Positions 46,592-55,286 of a DNA stretch of 64,000 nt are shown here, one piece after another. Source of the DNA: Candidatus Falkowbacteria bacterium (GTDB lineage Bacteria; Patescibacteriota; Patescibacteriia; Patescibacteriales; UBA12465); contig JBAXLJ010000001.1 of the NCBI GenBank assembly GCA_037134915.1, positions 165,484 through 229,483 of the forward strand, read 5' to 3'. Every line of letters begins with the position of its first letter. The first letter of the stretch is position 1. The translations under genes and the position numbers were made by a program. Below the pieces are notes generated by a model. That model had not been told where the DNA came from. It ran no database searches and was given only the letters and a program-made list of their open reading frames with translations.

Positions 46592-47355
46592 TATTTTAAA
46601 ACTTTATTATTAATAATATCAGCTATACGATGCATTGCTATTTTGTAGTAACCTTCATCAAGTTCTACGCCGTAGAAGCATCTGTTTTTATTCATAGCGG
46701 CCACCCCAGTTGACCCACTACCCATAAACGGATCTAGAACCATATCATTTTTATTCGATAAAAGTTCTACGAAATGCTCCATTAATGCTATAGGTTTTTG
46801 TGTTGGGTGCTTACCGTATTTCTTTTCTTTTCCATTTATAATCGAGGATTCATAAAAATCATGAATAAGTTTTCCCTTGTTGTTGAATTTTCCAGTTTTA
46901 CCATCATTAATAAAATATATCCAAGCTTCTGTTGAATTTACAAAATGCAGATTCATATTTCTTGGCATTGGATTAGTTTTATGCCATATACCTGTAGTTT
47001 TGTAATAAAATCCATTTTGCTGAGCAAGGTTTATTATTGTTTCAACTTTTATTAGAGAGACAAATATCAATAAAGCACCCTTTTTTTTCAGAACCCTGCT
47101 GGATTCTTTAAAAAAATCATTCATATTTACTTCCCAATCTTTTTGTTCAATATGATCCCAGTTTGATGCGGCAAAATGATTCGATCGTAAGGCGCCAAGA
47201 TTTGTATCCCTATTTTGCATAAATAACCCTAGGTTATATGGAGGGTCAGTAAGAACTAAATCAACAACATCGTCGTTGATTTCTTTCATTTTTTTTACAC
47301 AATCGCCAAGTGCTAGAGTGCAGTCTTTATTTAGATTATTTAGAGTATTTAGCAT
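46591..47355 (-). CDS. DNA N6-adenine/N4-cytosine methyltransferase (beta class)
   Basis: The catalytic TDPPYNLG precedes the SAM-binding DPFMGSGSTG. A 1-nt overlap links it to the C5-MTase gene. Confidence 0.85.
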   Translation of the reverse strand: MLNTLNNLNKDCTLALGDCVKKMKEINDDVVDLVLTDPPYNLGLFMQNRDTNLGALRSNHFAASNWDHIEQKDWEVNMNDFFKESSRVLKKKGALLIFVSLIKVETIINLAQQNGFYYKTTGIWHKTNPMPRNMNLHFVNSTEAWIYFINDGKTGKFNNKGKLIHDFYESSIINGKEKKYGKHPTQKPIALMEHFVELLSNKNDMVLDPFMGSGSTGVAAMNKNRCFYGVELDEGYYKIAMHRIADIINNKVLK

Positions 47356-47435
47356 GTTTTTATTATATCATTTAGAGTGTTAGATATCTAGTAAGCATTG
47401 ACAAATATTAAATATTTAATTATTTATGAATTATA

Positions 47436-48788
47436 CTATTTTATAAGTGTTAGCGTTTTATTTTTATATGTTATTTTAGATTTTAAATTAGCAAGTAACT
47501 CTCGCTTCTCAATAGAACTTCCTTCTTTAAGGACATACTTAGCATAAACCCGCATATCAACTGAGGGTTTATGTTTTTTGTTGGGTTGTTTTTCTCCAAG
47601 TACCATGTTTTGAAATTTATTTAAGCGCTCAACTTCCATTTCCATTCTGGTTAGTATTCCGAGTTCATTCATATCAACCTTATCTATTATTTTTAATAAC
47701 TCAGTTATTAATTCTTCTTCGCGGATATATTTATTTTTACAAAACCTGTCTCTTGCCCTAGAACAGCCATAATAAATGTAATGTGCCGTTGTGCCATCTT
47801 TAAGTTGCTTATATTTGTCTTCGGCTGATATTCCCGAACCGCAACAACCGCAAGTTATCAATTTAGTAAAAGCGAATTCTTTATTCTCTCTAACAATATT
47901 ATCTCTTTTTAATTGGGTCTTTGCTTTCTCAAATAACTCTTGAGTAATTAGTGGCTTATGTTTTCCTTGGTACCAATTACCGCTACCTTTTGGTCTTTCA
48001 AATACCCCGTAGTAAAAAGAATTATCTAATATTCTATATATACCACTAAGTGTTAATGGTTTATTACCTCGAGTATAAAAATTAAGTTCATGAACTAGCC
48101 AATGATATAGTTTTCGTCCGCTATATTTTTCATAAGCAACCTTTTCAAACATTTGTTTAATCGCTGGCGATCTAAGCGGATCTACAATAACCTGACATTT
48201 TTTATCCATTCGATTTTGGTTTAAATACCCTAACGGGGCAGGCCCTACCCATAAGCCCATTTCGCATCTAGTTCTGAGTCCTCGTTTTACATTTACACCT
48301 CTGTTGTCGTTTTCTAATTTAGCCTGTGACCCTAAAATCATTAGTAAGAATTTCTCATTAGGATTATTAGTGAATCTCTGACTGAAAGTTCTTATTTCTT
48401 TAAGTATTCCTTGGTCGATTAAATCGACTATTGCCCCAAGGTCGCCAGCATTTCTTGATATACGATCTGGGGCCCAGGTTAGTATCGCATTAAATTTGCC
48501 TAGTTTAATATCGGCCACTAATTCATTAAAAATTTGTCTTTGCCCAACTTCTTTAGCACTATGAGATTCTCGTCTTATTTCTGTAATATTGAGATTCTCT
48601 CGAGTGGCCAAATCGAGCATTTCTTTGATTTGGCTATCAATTGATAATACCTGTCTTTCTTCGGACTCAGTTGACTTCCGAGCATAAAGACAATACTTCA
48701 GGGTTTCTTGTGAGAAGACCCCTAAATTAGCTCCATTTTGGCCCTGTATGGTCGCATTGGGGCCTAAAACTGTAGTTACTTGGTTCAT
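47436..48788 (-). CDS. Large serine recombinase (resolvase/invertase N-domain, recombinase domain and zinc ribbon)
   Basis: N-terminus YCLYARKSTESEERQVLSIDSQ (catalytic Ser region), …DRISRN…, a recombinase domain and a Cys cluster CGCCGSG…YYGC. Confidence 0.85.
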   Translation of the reverse strand: MNQVTTVLGPNATIQGQNGANLGVFSQETLKYCLYARKSTESEERQVLSIDSQIKEMLDLATRENLNITEIRRESHSAKEVGQRQIFNELVADIKLGKFNAILTWAPDRISRNAGDLGAIVDLIDQGILKEIRTFSQRFTNNPNEKFLLMILGSQAKLENDNRGVNVKRGLRTRCEMGLWVGPAPLGYLNQNRMDKKCQVIVDPLRSPAIKQMFEKVAYEKYSGRKLYHWLVHELNFYTRGNKPLTLSGIYRILDNSFYYGVFERPKGSGNWYQGKHKPLITQELFEKAKTQLKRDNIVRENKEFAFTKLITCGCCGSGISAEDKYKQLKDGTTAHYIYYGCSRARDRFCKNKYIREEELITELLKIIDKVDMNELGILTRMEMEVERLNKFQNMVLGEKQPNKKHKPSVDMRVYAKYVLKEGSSIEKRELLANLKSKITYKNKTLTLIK

Positions 48789-48875
48789 ATGGTTATAGTT
48801 GTTATAACCAAGTAATGACGCAATAAAGATAGGAAGTCTAGGCCTTTAAAGTAGGTAAGTTGTTGGTAACTATAC

Positions 48876-48904
48876 TTTACTTTTTGGCTTTTTCAAGCTA
48901 TATT
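48876..48904 (+). promoter_or_regulatory. Candidate promoter driving the structured leader
   Basis: TTTACT (48876-48881), a 17-nt spacer and TATATT (48899-48904). The predicted start near 48911 coincides with the 5' strand of helix P1. Confidence 0.35.
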
Positions 48905-48910
48905 TTAAGT

Positions 48911-49070
48911 GCTAAACCGTAATCAAATATCGTGAAGTGCGCACCCAATTTTTGGGAGCCTTGGCTTATTTGCATACAGGAACGGACATACCGACCCATA
49001 TGCAAGTAGGCGTCTTCACGGACACTGATTGCGGTTTAGCGACCGGGTCGGGTGTCCGTTTTTGTTTTTT
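48911..49070 (+). ncRNA. Unclassified structured leader / riboswitch-like element with intrinsic terminator
   Basis: Nested helices: P1 48911-48925/49026-49040 (15 bp, one U·G); P2 48931-48937/49014-49020 (7 bp); hairpin 48944-48956; hairpin 48967-48976/48999-49008 (10 bp, one U·G). A competing terminator at 49018-49025/49052-59 is followed by TTTTGTTTTTT. Confidence 0.45.
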
Positions 49071-49108
49071 AGACGGGTTTTCGACCATTTATAATTAATT
49101 ATAAAAAT

Positions 49109-49696
49109 ATGGCCGAAGCCAAACAAAACATTTGTAAGCATTGTAAGGAATCAGTTGCCAGGGGAGCAACGAAATGCCCTCATTGCCAGTCTGATTTAAG
49201 AAATTTCTTTGTTAGACATCCGTTAATAGTGATATTTTTATTAGCAATATTAGTACCGACTATTATTTCAGCACTAGGAGAGAATAGATCGGTGACTTCA
49301 CAACAAGCTCAAAAAACGCAGACTCAAACCCCAGTAGATACCAGCAACATTAAATATGAAATAATCAAAACATGGGATATTGCTAACGGCGGAACTGGAA
49401 GAGAAATATTAATTCCTGTTTCTTATGTTAACGACAAGGACATGGTGGCTTTGGGTGAAAAACTAAAATCAGATTTTGTAGATGAACGCAATAACTTTAT
49501 CTGGGTATTTACCGATAAAAAACTTTCGGCTCTAAGATCTAAGATGATGAAGGCGGATCTTAGTAAGAGTGATCAAGATTTCTATGACAAACACTATGTT
49601 GGTCAATATAATAAAAATATAAACTCGGGAATGAACAGATTTGTTATTTACTTCGACGGCGTCAACGGATCAAATCAAAAAACTATTAATTATTAA
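49109..49696 (+). CDS. Zinc-ribbon membrane protein (hypothetical)
   Basis: N-terminus CKHCKESVARGATKCPHCQS, one TM helix (LIVIFLLAILVPTIISAL) and an extracytoplasmic domain. Confidence 0.6.
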   Translation: MAEAKQNICKHCKESVARGATKCPHCQSDLRNFFVRHPLIVIFLLAILVPTIISALGENRSVTSQQAQKTQTQTPVDTSNIKYEIIKTWDIANGGTGREILIPVSYVNDKDMVALGEKLKSDFVDERNNFIWVFTDKKLSALRSKMMKADLSKSDQDFYDKHYVGQYNKNINSGMNRFVIYFDGVNGSNQKTINY

Positions 49697-49713
49697 AATA
49701 GAAAGAAATAATA

Positions 49714-49747
49714 AAAAACATCACGGCAATTAAACCATGATGTTTTT
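49714..49747. terminator. Bidirectional hairpin between convergent genes
   Basis: aaaacatca-(14-nt loop)-tgatgtttt with flanking A-runs and T-runs. Confidence 0.5.
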
Positions 49748-49753
49748 ATTTTA

Positions 49754-50245
49754 CTACTTAAGATTATTATTTTTCCATTGAGCTAATCTCTTAGCCAATT
49801 TAGCTAAATATTCAGGTGGTAATTTTCTTTCTCGCGTGTCCTCTGATAAAGCTAGGAGCGGATTAATGAAATTTGGATGCATATGAGTTAGCCAAAATAT
49901 TGTTGCTCTTGGGTCATCATTTTTAACCCTGCCAATTAACTTCGATTCGGCTAGATCATTAATAGTGTTTCTTCCTTCTATTTGACTCTTTTTGAACTCT
50001 CTTCCAAATTCATAATCATCTATCATCCAGCGGTATAACGTCGCCCTAGAGATGCCAGTTTTTTGACAAGCGATTGACGAGATGTAGACATTACGTATTT
50101 CTTCAATCATTTTCTTCTTTTGCTCTATTTGTCTTTTTTCTATGGTGCTAAATTTGCGTTTAGTTATCTTTGTATTCTGGTTGTCTTGATTTTGTTCAGC
50201 CCTTCTTTTTAAGACATCAGCAACGGTCTCAAGTTTAGGCGTCAT
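49754..50245 (-). CDS. Helix-turn-helix DNA-binding protein (phage small-terminase-like / regulator)
   Basis: The segment IACQKTGISRATLYRWMIDD is HTH-like. A 4-nt overlap joins it to the upstream methyltransferase gene. Confidence 0.5.
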   Translation of the reverse strand: MTPKLETVADVLKRRAEQNQDNQNTKITKRKFSTIEKRQIEQKKKMIEEIRNVYISSIACQKTGISRATLYRWMIDDYEFGREFKKSQIEGRNTINDLAESKLIGRVKNDDPRATIFWLTHMHPNFINPLLALSEDTRERKLPPEYLAKLAKRLAQWKNNNLK

Positions 50246-51006
50246 ATAAGTTTATGTTTATCAGGGAGCTCGTAATATCTTTTTATAATAGTTTGGCAGT
50301 ATTCTTCGTCAGTCTCGACCATTAGGCACTGACGATTAGTCATTTCTGCGGCGAATAATAAACTACCAGATCCGCAAAATGGGTCATATATCACGTCATT
50401 AATATCTGTACTATTTAATATTAATCTTCTAAGTAATGACACTGGTTTAGTAGTGGGATGAAACTTACTTTTATTTGGTTTAGGACAAAATAAAATACTT
50501 TTATCCTTGCTCTTTTTAAAAGAGTGTGTGCCAAACCAGCTATAAGCGATTAACTCATGCATTGGCAAATAATCCAAACGTCCAATCACGGCATTACTCT
50601 TTACCCAAATTAAAAGTTGGGAAAAATATAAACCAGTGTTTTTCATTGCCTGCCTTAAAGCAAAAATCATCTTGTCTGAGTTAAAAATATAGATGGAATT
50701 TTTCTTAGTTAGATAAGGCAAAACAATCCCGAGCCAGTCTTCAGTAAATTTAATATAGTCATCTTCACTTTGAAGTTGGTCGTTTGCTATATCCTTTGGT
50801 TTTCCAAGACTTTGACTAAAGCCAGACTTGCTAGCGACGTAATCGATACCATAAGGCGGATCGGTTAAGATTAAATTTATTTTACTATCTCCAATTAACT
50901 CTTTTACTTTATCAACATCACGGGCATCGCCAAATAATAAGCGATGAACACCTAGTTGTATGATATCACCTCGTTTAATTGATTTGTTTAATTTTGATGT
51001 CTCCAT
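50242..51006 (-). CDS. DNA N6-adenine/N4-cytosine methyltransferase (orphan, phage type)
   Basis: TDPPYGIDY precedes DPFCGSGS. No cognate nuclease lies adjacent. Confidence 0.85.
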   Translation of the reverse strand: METSKLNKSIKRGDIIQLGVHRLLFGDARDVDKVKELIGDSKINLILTDPPYGIDYVASKSGFSQSLGKPKDIANDQLQSEDDYIKFTEDWLGIVLPYLTKKNSIYIFNSDKMIFALRQAMKNTGLYFSQLLIWVKSNAVIGRLDYLPMHELIAYSWFGTHSFKKSKDKSILFCPKPNKSKFHPTTKPVSLLRRLILNSTDINDVIYDPFCGSGSLLFAAEMTNRQCLMVETDEEYCQTIIKRYYELPDKHKLI

Positions 51007-52309
51007 ATTTTTGAAATCTATTAATTATTAATTGGCAAAAGATTGGGCTTTGCTCGCATGTGTAACTTCGACGTTTTAATTGTTCACATGAGAGAGCCAA
51101 GGATCCGCTACCCCCAAACAAATCCAGCACCACGTCGTTTATTCTGGTGCATCTTCGCAGAGCTTTCTCGTGGAGGGTAATAGGTTTTTCGGTTGCATGC
51201 TGATAATCTTGGCTTGGCAACCTTTTAACTAGCCAGATGTCTAACATATCTAAAATATCATCAATCGCTCGATTGCCAACTCCAACTTCTTTGTTAAGGA
51301 TCTCGTTAAGATTTTTTATATTGGATAGATAGGGCCTACCTTTAACCCCGTAGATTACTGGTTCATAGCATTTATTAAATCCTACCTTAGGAGTCATGTT
51401 GCTGTTATTTTTAATCCATAGGCATGTTCTTTTGAAATCTATTCCCAGTTCTTTGTATATGTTCTGAAATAGTCCAGTATATTTTTGGTCATGATAATAA
51501 AAAACATGCACATCGTTTTTACTAACTAGTAGTCCACCAGAGATAGTCTTTTTAATGAAGTCTTTGTAATTAACATCGCTTTTATTATCATCAACTACTC
51601 CACCATAATTTTGGTTTTTACTTATTCCTTTTGAGTAGTCGACTCCGATATTGTATGGCGGATCCGTGTAGATCATGTCTGCCTTTTCTTCGCCCATTAG
51701 TTTCTTGATAACTTCTGGGTCAGTAGAGTCGCCACAAATAAGACGGTGATTACCGATTAAAAATAGGTCACCCGATTTTATATTAGTAGTTTTGGCTTTT
51801 TCTATTTCTTTCTCAGTATTGAAGTTATCATCTTCTGTTTCGAGGTTTTCGTCCCAGATATTTGATAAATCAATCTCATCAAAGCCAATTTCTAGAAGCA
51901 GACTAGTATCAAACTCTTTTAATAATTCATAGTCCCATTCGCCCAAGTTTTTATTTAATCGAAGGTTTAATTCTTTCTCTTTGTCTAGGGGAAGTGAAAC
52001 GTAAACAACAGGAACTTCGGTAAATTTAAGTTTTGAGGCAATCTTTAAGCGTTGATGACCTCCGATAACAATATTCTCTCGTCCTTTGTAGTTATTCACT
52101 AATAACGGGTCAATAAGACCAAATCTTTTTATACTTTCTGTAAGATCTGATTCTTGTTTCTCGGTCATTTTTCTTGGGTTGTACTCGGCCTTGTTTAAGG
52201 AGTCAATAAATACGTGTTCAATTTTGAGCCTGTTTTTTGGAAGATTTTCCATAAATTTTGAAATTAAATTTATTAGTTTTAGGTTTTTTCCAAATAAAAA
52301 AACCTCCAT
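50975..52309 (-). CDS. ParB-like nuclease domain fused to a DNA methyltransferase
   Basis: N-terminal ParB/Srx motif (YNPRKM…LLVN…VIGGHQRL), then TDPPYNIGVDY and DLFGGSGS. An alternative start at 52252 (MENLPKN) is possible. Confidence 0.8.
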   Translation of the reverse strand: MEVFLFGKNLKLINLISKFMENLPKNRLKIEHVFIDSLNKAEYNPRKMTEKQESDLTESIKRFGLIDPLLVNNYKGRENIVIGGHQRLKIASKLKFTEVPVVYVSLPLDKEKELNLRLNKNLGEWDYELLKEFDTSLLLEIGFDEIDLSNIWDENLETEDDNFNTEKEIEKAKTTNIKSGDLFLIGNHRLICGDSTDPEVIKKLMGEEKADMIYTDPPYNIGVDYSKGISKNQNYGGVVDDNKSDVNYKDFIKKTISGGLLVSKNDVHVFYYHDQKYTGLFQNIYKELGIDFKRTCLWIKNNSNMTPKVGFNKCYEPVIYGVKGRPYLSNIKNLNEILNKEVGVGNRAIDDILDMLDIWLVKRLPSQDYQHATEKPITLHEKALRRCTRINDVVLDLFGGSGSLALSCEQLKRRSYTCEQSPIFCQLIINRFQKYGDIKIKQIN

Positions 52310-52412
52310 ATTAAAAACAGGCTCAGGTCTATTAGAATTTAATCCTAAAAGTCTCTGCTGTTTTTTCTGGTAGGTTTAATAGCTCATGCGGTGTTTATTT
52401 TGTTAGCTCCTT

Positions 52413-52512
52413 AAATGAATGTTTTTGTTAACGCATATGTGCGGGTTCATTTAAAATTTTTAAGTTGTCTTTCAAACGAATGGTTTTGGTAACGCATAGT
52501 GCGGATTCGTTT
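52413..52512. repeat. Two tandem ~44-nt dyad-symmetric repeats (61-bp period) in the divergent intergenic region
   Basis: R1 is 52413-52456 (aaatgaatgtttttgttaacgcatatgtgcgggttcatttaaaa). R2 is 52474-52516 (aaacgaatggttttggtaacgcatagtgcggattcgtttaaga). They match at about 37 of 44 positions. Each has 7-8-bp inverted arms (AAAYGAA(T)/(A)TTCRTTT) and an internal CGCA…TGCG mini-hairpin. Confidence 0.65.
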
Positions 52513-52689
52513 AAGATATCTAGTTGTATTTAAATAATAGCATTTATTAAAATATAGTACAAGTTTTTGTTTATTATTAGCCAAACCATGTAATATGGCC
52601 TGTGACATGGTTGGGCAAAAGTTTGCTTAATTTTAGATAAAAATTGATAATAACAAATTTTAGGGTTAAAATAAAAATATATAAATTAT

Positions 52690-55278
52690 ATGATCGACGA
52701 AGTCTCTGAAAATTTAGACGTACCAGGAATTAAAGATTTTAATCTCTGGTTAATTGAGCAGCCATATTGGTTGAAGTATTTGTGGTGGCTTCATATGGAA
52801 GGCCGGGAAGTAAATGATGAAGATATAAATAAGTGCTATAAATATTTATTGGAAGACTCGGGAATTATAGATGCTGAACCTGGCCGTCCTGATATAGTTT
52901 TACAAGATTTTGATCTGGACGGAGATGATAGTGCTAAAGATAAAATAAGCCTTGATAAGCTAGATAATCTTAATGGCGTAAATGCTATTGATAATAGTTG
53001 CGTGTTAGAATTTGGGAAAAATTTAACTATCGTTTATGGAGATAACGGTTCAGGTAAGTCTGGAATAGGACGGTTGCTAAGTAATGCCTGCTTATCAAGA
53101 AAGCAGCGAAAACTTCTTCCGGATGCCAGAAATACCTCGGCCTTAGTTGCTGAGATATCTGCTGATTTTCAAATTTCAGATTCATCTGACACAAGAATTA
53201 TTAATTATAAGTTGGGGCAAAATCATGAAGAGCTTAAATCTTTTTCGATTTTTGACCACGAATGTGCACCTATACATCTTGATGGTGAAAATAAAATAGA
53301 ATTTATTCCTTCAAAATTAAAAATTTTTGATGAAGTTTTGAAGGACCTTTTAAGGATTGAGGGGAAATTTCAGGAAGATATTAGAAATAGAAAAAAAGAT
53401 AACCCCGTCGCAGGATTATTTCAGGGGCAATCTCCGCTTGCAGGTTTTTTAGGAGCGCTGTCGTACGAGACAACTGACAATCAAATTGATGATGCCATAA
53501 AATTTACTCCAGAAGATAGTGATTTGTTGGCTGAAAAACAAAAAGATCTTGCACAAAAAATAAAAAAGGACGTCGCCAAACAGAAAGAAGAATTAGCGGG
53601 GGAAATTGCGGAACTCCGCATTTATAAAAGCACGCTAGGCGATGTAGTTTCGTGCTTGAGTGGAGAGAAGGCTTCCATTATAAATAAATTAGTTGAGGAA
53701 ATTAGAAATAAGAAAGAAATAGCAGATAAGCTGAGCGCCGCGAGTTTTAAGTTTGAATCATTTAAAAATATTGGAAGCCATGAGTGGAAGTCATTAATTC
53801 TAGCTGCACAAAAGTTATATGATAAAGAGACGATTTTTAATGGAGGGGAAAAGCCTGCATTCTGTTTGTTATGTCAGCAACCTCTTAGCAGCAAAGAAGA
53901 AAGCCTTTTTCAACGTTATTGGGATTTCTTGGGTAGTACGGCTGAGGAAGAGTTAAAATTAGCAAGAATAAACTTGAGCCAAATAATTGAAAAATTGAGG
54001 AATGATAATGTTTCTTGGCCAAAATTATCAAGCACAGAAAGCGCAGTGAAAATTCTTGAGCGAGATATGCCAGAGGAATTGCAAAAGATTAGAGAAGTAT
54101 TTAAACAATTACATATCCAGCTATCAAATTGGATTGCACAAGGAGATAAAGGGGGTGAGGTAAAATATACTAGCGTCACAATTGATTTAGAACAAATAAG
54201 CACATTGATAGATACGAAAAGTAAAATAGCAGCAGACTTAACAGATCCCGCGCCAGAGATCGAAGCCATTAACAGAGATATATTACAACTTGAGAATAAA
54301 AGGCAGGTTTTTGGGATTATTGATAAAATAAAAGAATATGTAGTATGGCTGCGTTGGCAGAAATCGTCAGGAAGTATTAATTTGCCAGCCTTTAAAGCGG
54401 CTACAACGCGTAAGCAAAAAGAGATCATGGAACGTTTGGTCGTTTCCAGATATGTGGAAATTTTTATCGAAGAGACTAAAGAATTGGATTGTAAATTTGG
54501 GTTACGGGTAAAAACGCATGGTCGGGAAGCGTCTACAGTAAAAGGACTTAAATTGGACTTTGCCGATAAATACAGTCCAGGTGAAATTTTAAGCGAAGGA
54601 GAACAGACGGTTAGCGCGCTGGCAGATTTTTTAACCGAGTCTAGATTGAATAAGAATAATTTCGGAATTATTTTTGATGACCCTGTTACATCTTTAGATC
54701 ATGGAAGAAGAAGTGTTATAGCCAAGAGACTCGTCAAAGAGGCAAAAGATCGTCAAGTTATTATTTTTACACATGACATTGTTTTTCTTCTTGATTTACA
54801 AAATTATGCTGACATTGAGTCGGTAGATTGCGTCTCTAAGTCCATGCGCAGAAATGTAGATAAGATAGGAATAATCAACCCAGACCTTCCTTGGATTGCC
54901 CTTGATGTTAAGAAAAAGGTTGGCTATATAAAAAACAAACTGCCAATTTTAAAAAAAGCCGAATCTGGCGATCAGGATGAATATCGTGATAAGGTGAAAC
55001 TTATATATGAACTTTTAAGAGAAGCATGGGAAAGAGCAGTAGAGGAGCGCTTGTTTAAGAAAGTTGTGCAAAGATTTGATAGAGCGGTTCATACGCAAAT
55101 GCTTGATGATGTTGAGGTAACCCCAGAATTAAAAAAAGAAATTAAAGTAGGTATGTCTGAGTCGTCAAACTGGCTTCATGACATGGCGGCCGGCCTTAAC
55201 CCCACTATTCCTACGAGCAGTAAAGTTGATGCAGAGGTTAAATTGTTAGATGATTTTATTGCCAAATGTAAAGCGTAA
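52690..55278 (+). CDS. AAA_13-type ABC/SMC-like ATPase with coiled-coil zinc hook, RloC/PrrC-like (candidate anticodon nuclease)
   Basis: Walker A YGDNGSGKSG; a long coiled-coil insert containing CLLCQQPL (CxxC); signature-like LSEGEQTVSAL; Walker B/D-loop IIFDDPVTSLD; H-loop FTHD. The C-terminal region LLREAWERAVEE…RFDRAVHT is an R-x3-E…H pattern like the PrrC/RloC nuclease triad. Confidence 0.55.
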   Translation: MIDEVSENLDVPGIKDFNLWLIEQPYWLKYLWWLHMEGREVNDEDINKCYKYLLEDSGIIDAEPGRPDIVLQDFDLDGDDSAKDKISLDKLDNLNGVNAIDNSCVLEFGKNLTIVYGDNGSGKSGIGRLLSNACLSRKQRKLLPDARNTSALVAEISADFQISDSSDTRIINYKLGQNHEELKSFSIFDHECAPIHLDGENKIEFIPSKLKIFDEVLKDLLRIEGKFQEDIRNRKKDNPVAGLFQGQSPLAGFLGALSYETTDNQIDDAIKFTPEDSDLLAEKQKDLAQKIKKDVAKQKEELAGEIAELRIYKSTLGDVVSCLSGEKASIINKLVEEIRNKKEIADKLSAASFKFESFKNIGSHEWKSLILAAQKLYDKETIFNGGEKPAFCLLCQQPLSSKEESLFQRYWDFLGSTAEEELKLARINLSQIIEKLRNDNVSWPKLSSTESAVKILERDMPEELQKIREVFKQLHIQLSNWIAQGDKGGEVKYTSVTIDLEQISTLIDTKSKIAADLTDPAPEIEAINRDILQLENKRQVFGIIDKIKEYVVWLRWQKSSGSINLPAFKAATTRKQKEIMERLVVSRYVEIFIEETKELDCKFGLRVKTHGREASTVKGLKLDFADKYSPGEILSEGEQTVSALADFLTESRLNKNNFGIIFDDPVTSLDHGRRSVIAKRLVKEAKDRQVIIFTHDIVFLLDLQNYADIESVDCVSKSMRRNVDKIGIINPDLPWIALDVKKKVGYIKNKLPILKKAESGDQDEYRDKVKLIYELLREAWERAVEERLFKKVVQRFDRAVHTQMLDDVEVTPELKKEIKVGMSESSNWLHDMAAGLNPTIPTSSKVDAEVKLLDDFIAKCKA

Positions 55279-55286
55279 TATAAACT

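Noticed and set aside
48911-49040. Alternative reading of the 15-bp inverted repeats as an invertible promoter switch (inverton) acted on by the adjacent serine recombinase.
   Set aside because: I did not adopt this as the primary call. The segment contains further nested inverted repeats and plus-strand-specific U·G pairs, which points to RNA. I could not find a convincing promoter inside it. It remains testable by looking for reads in both orientations.
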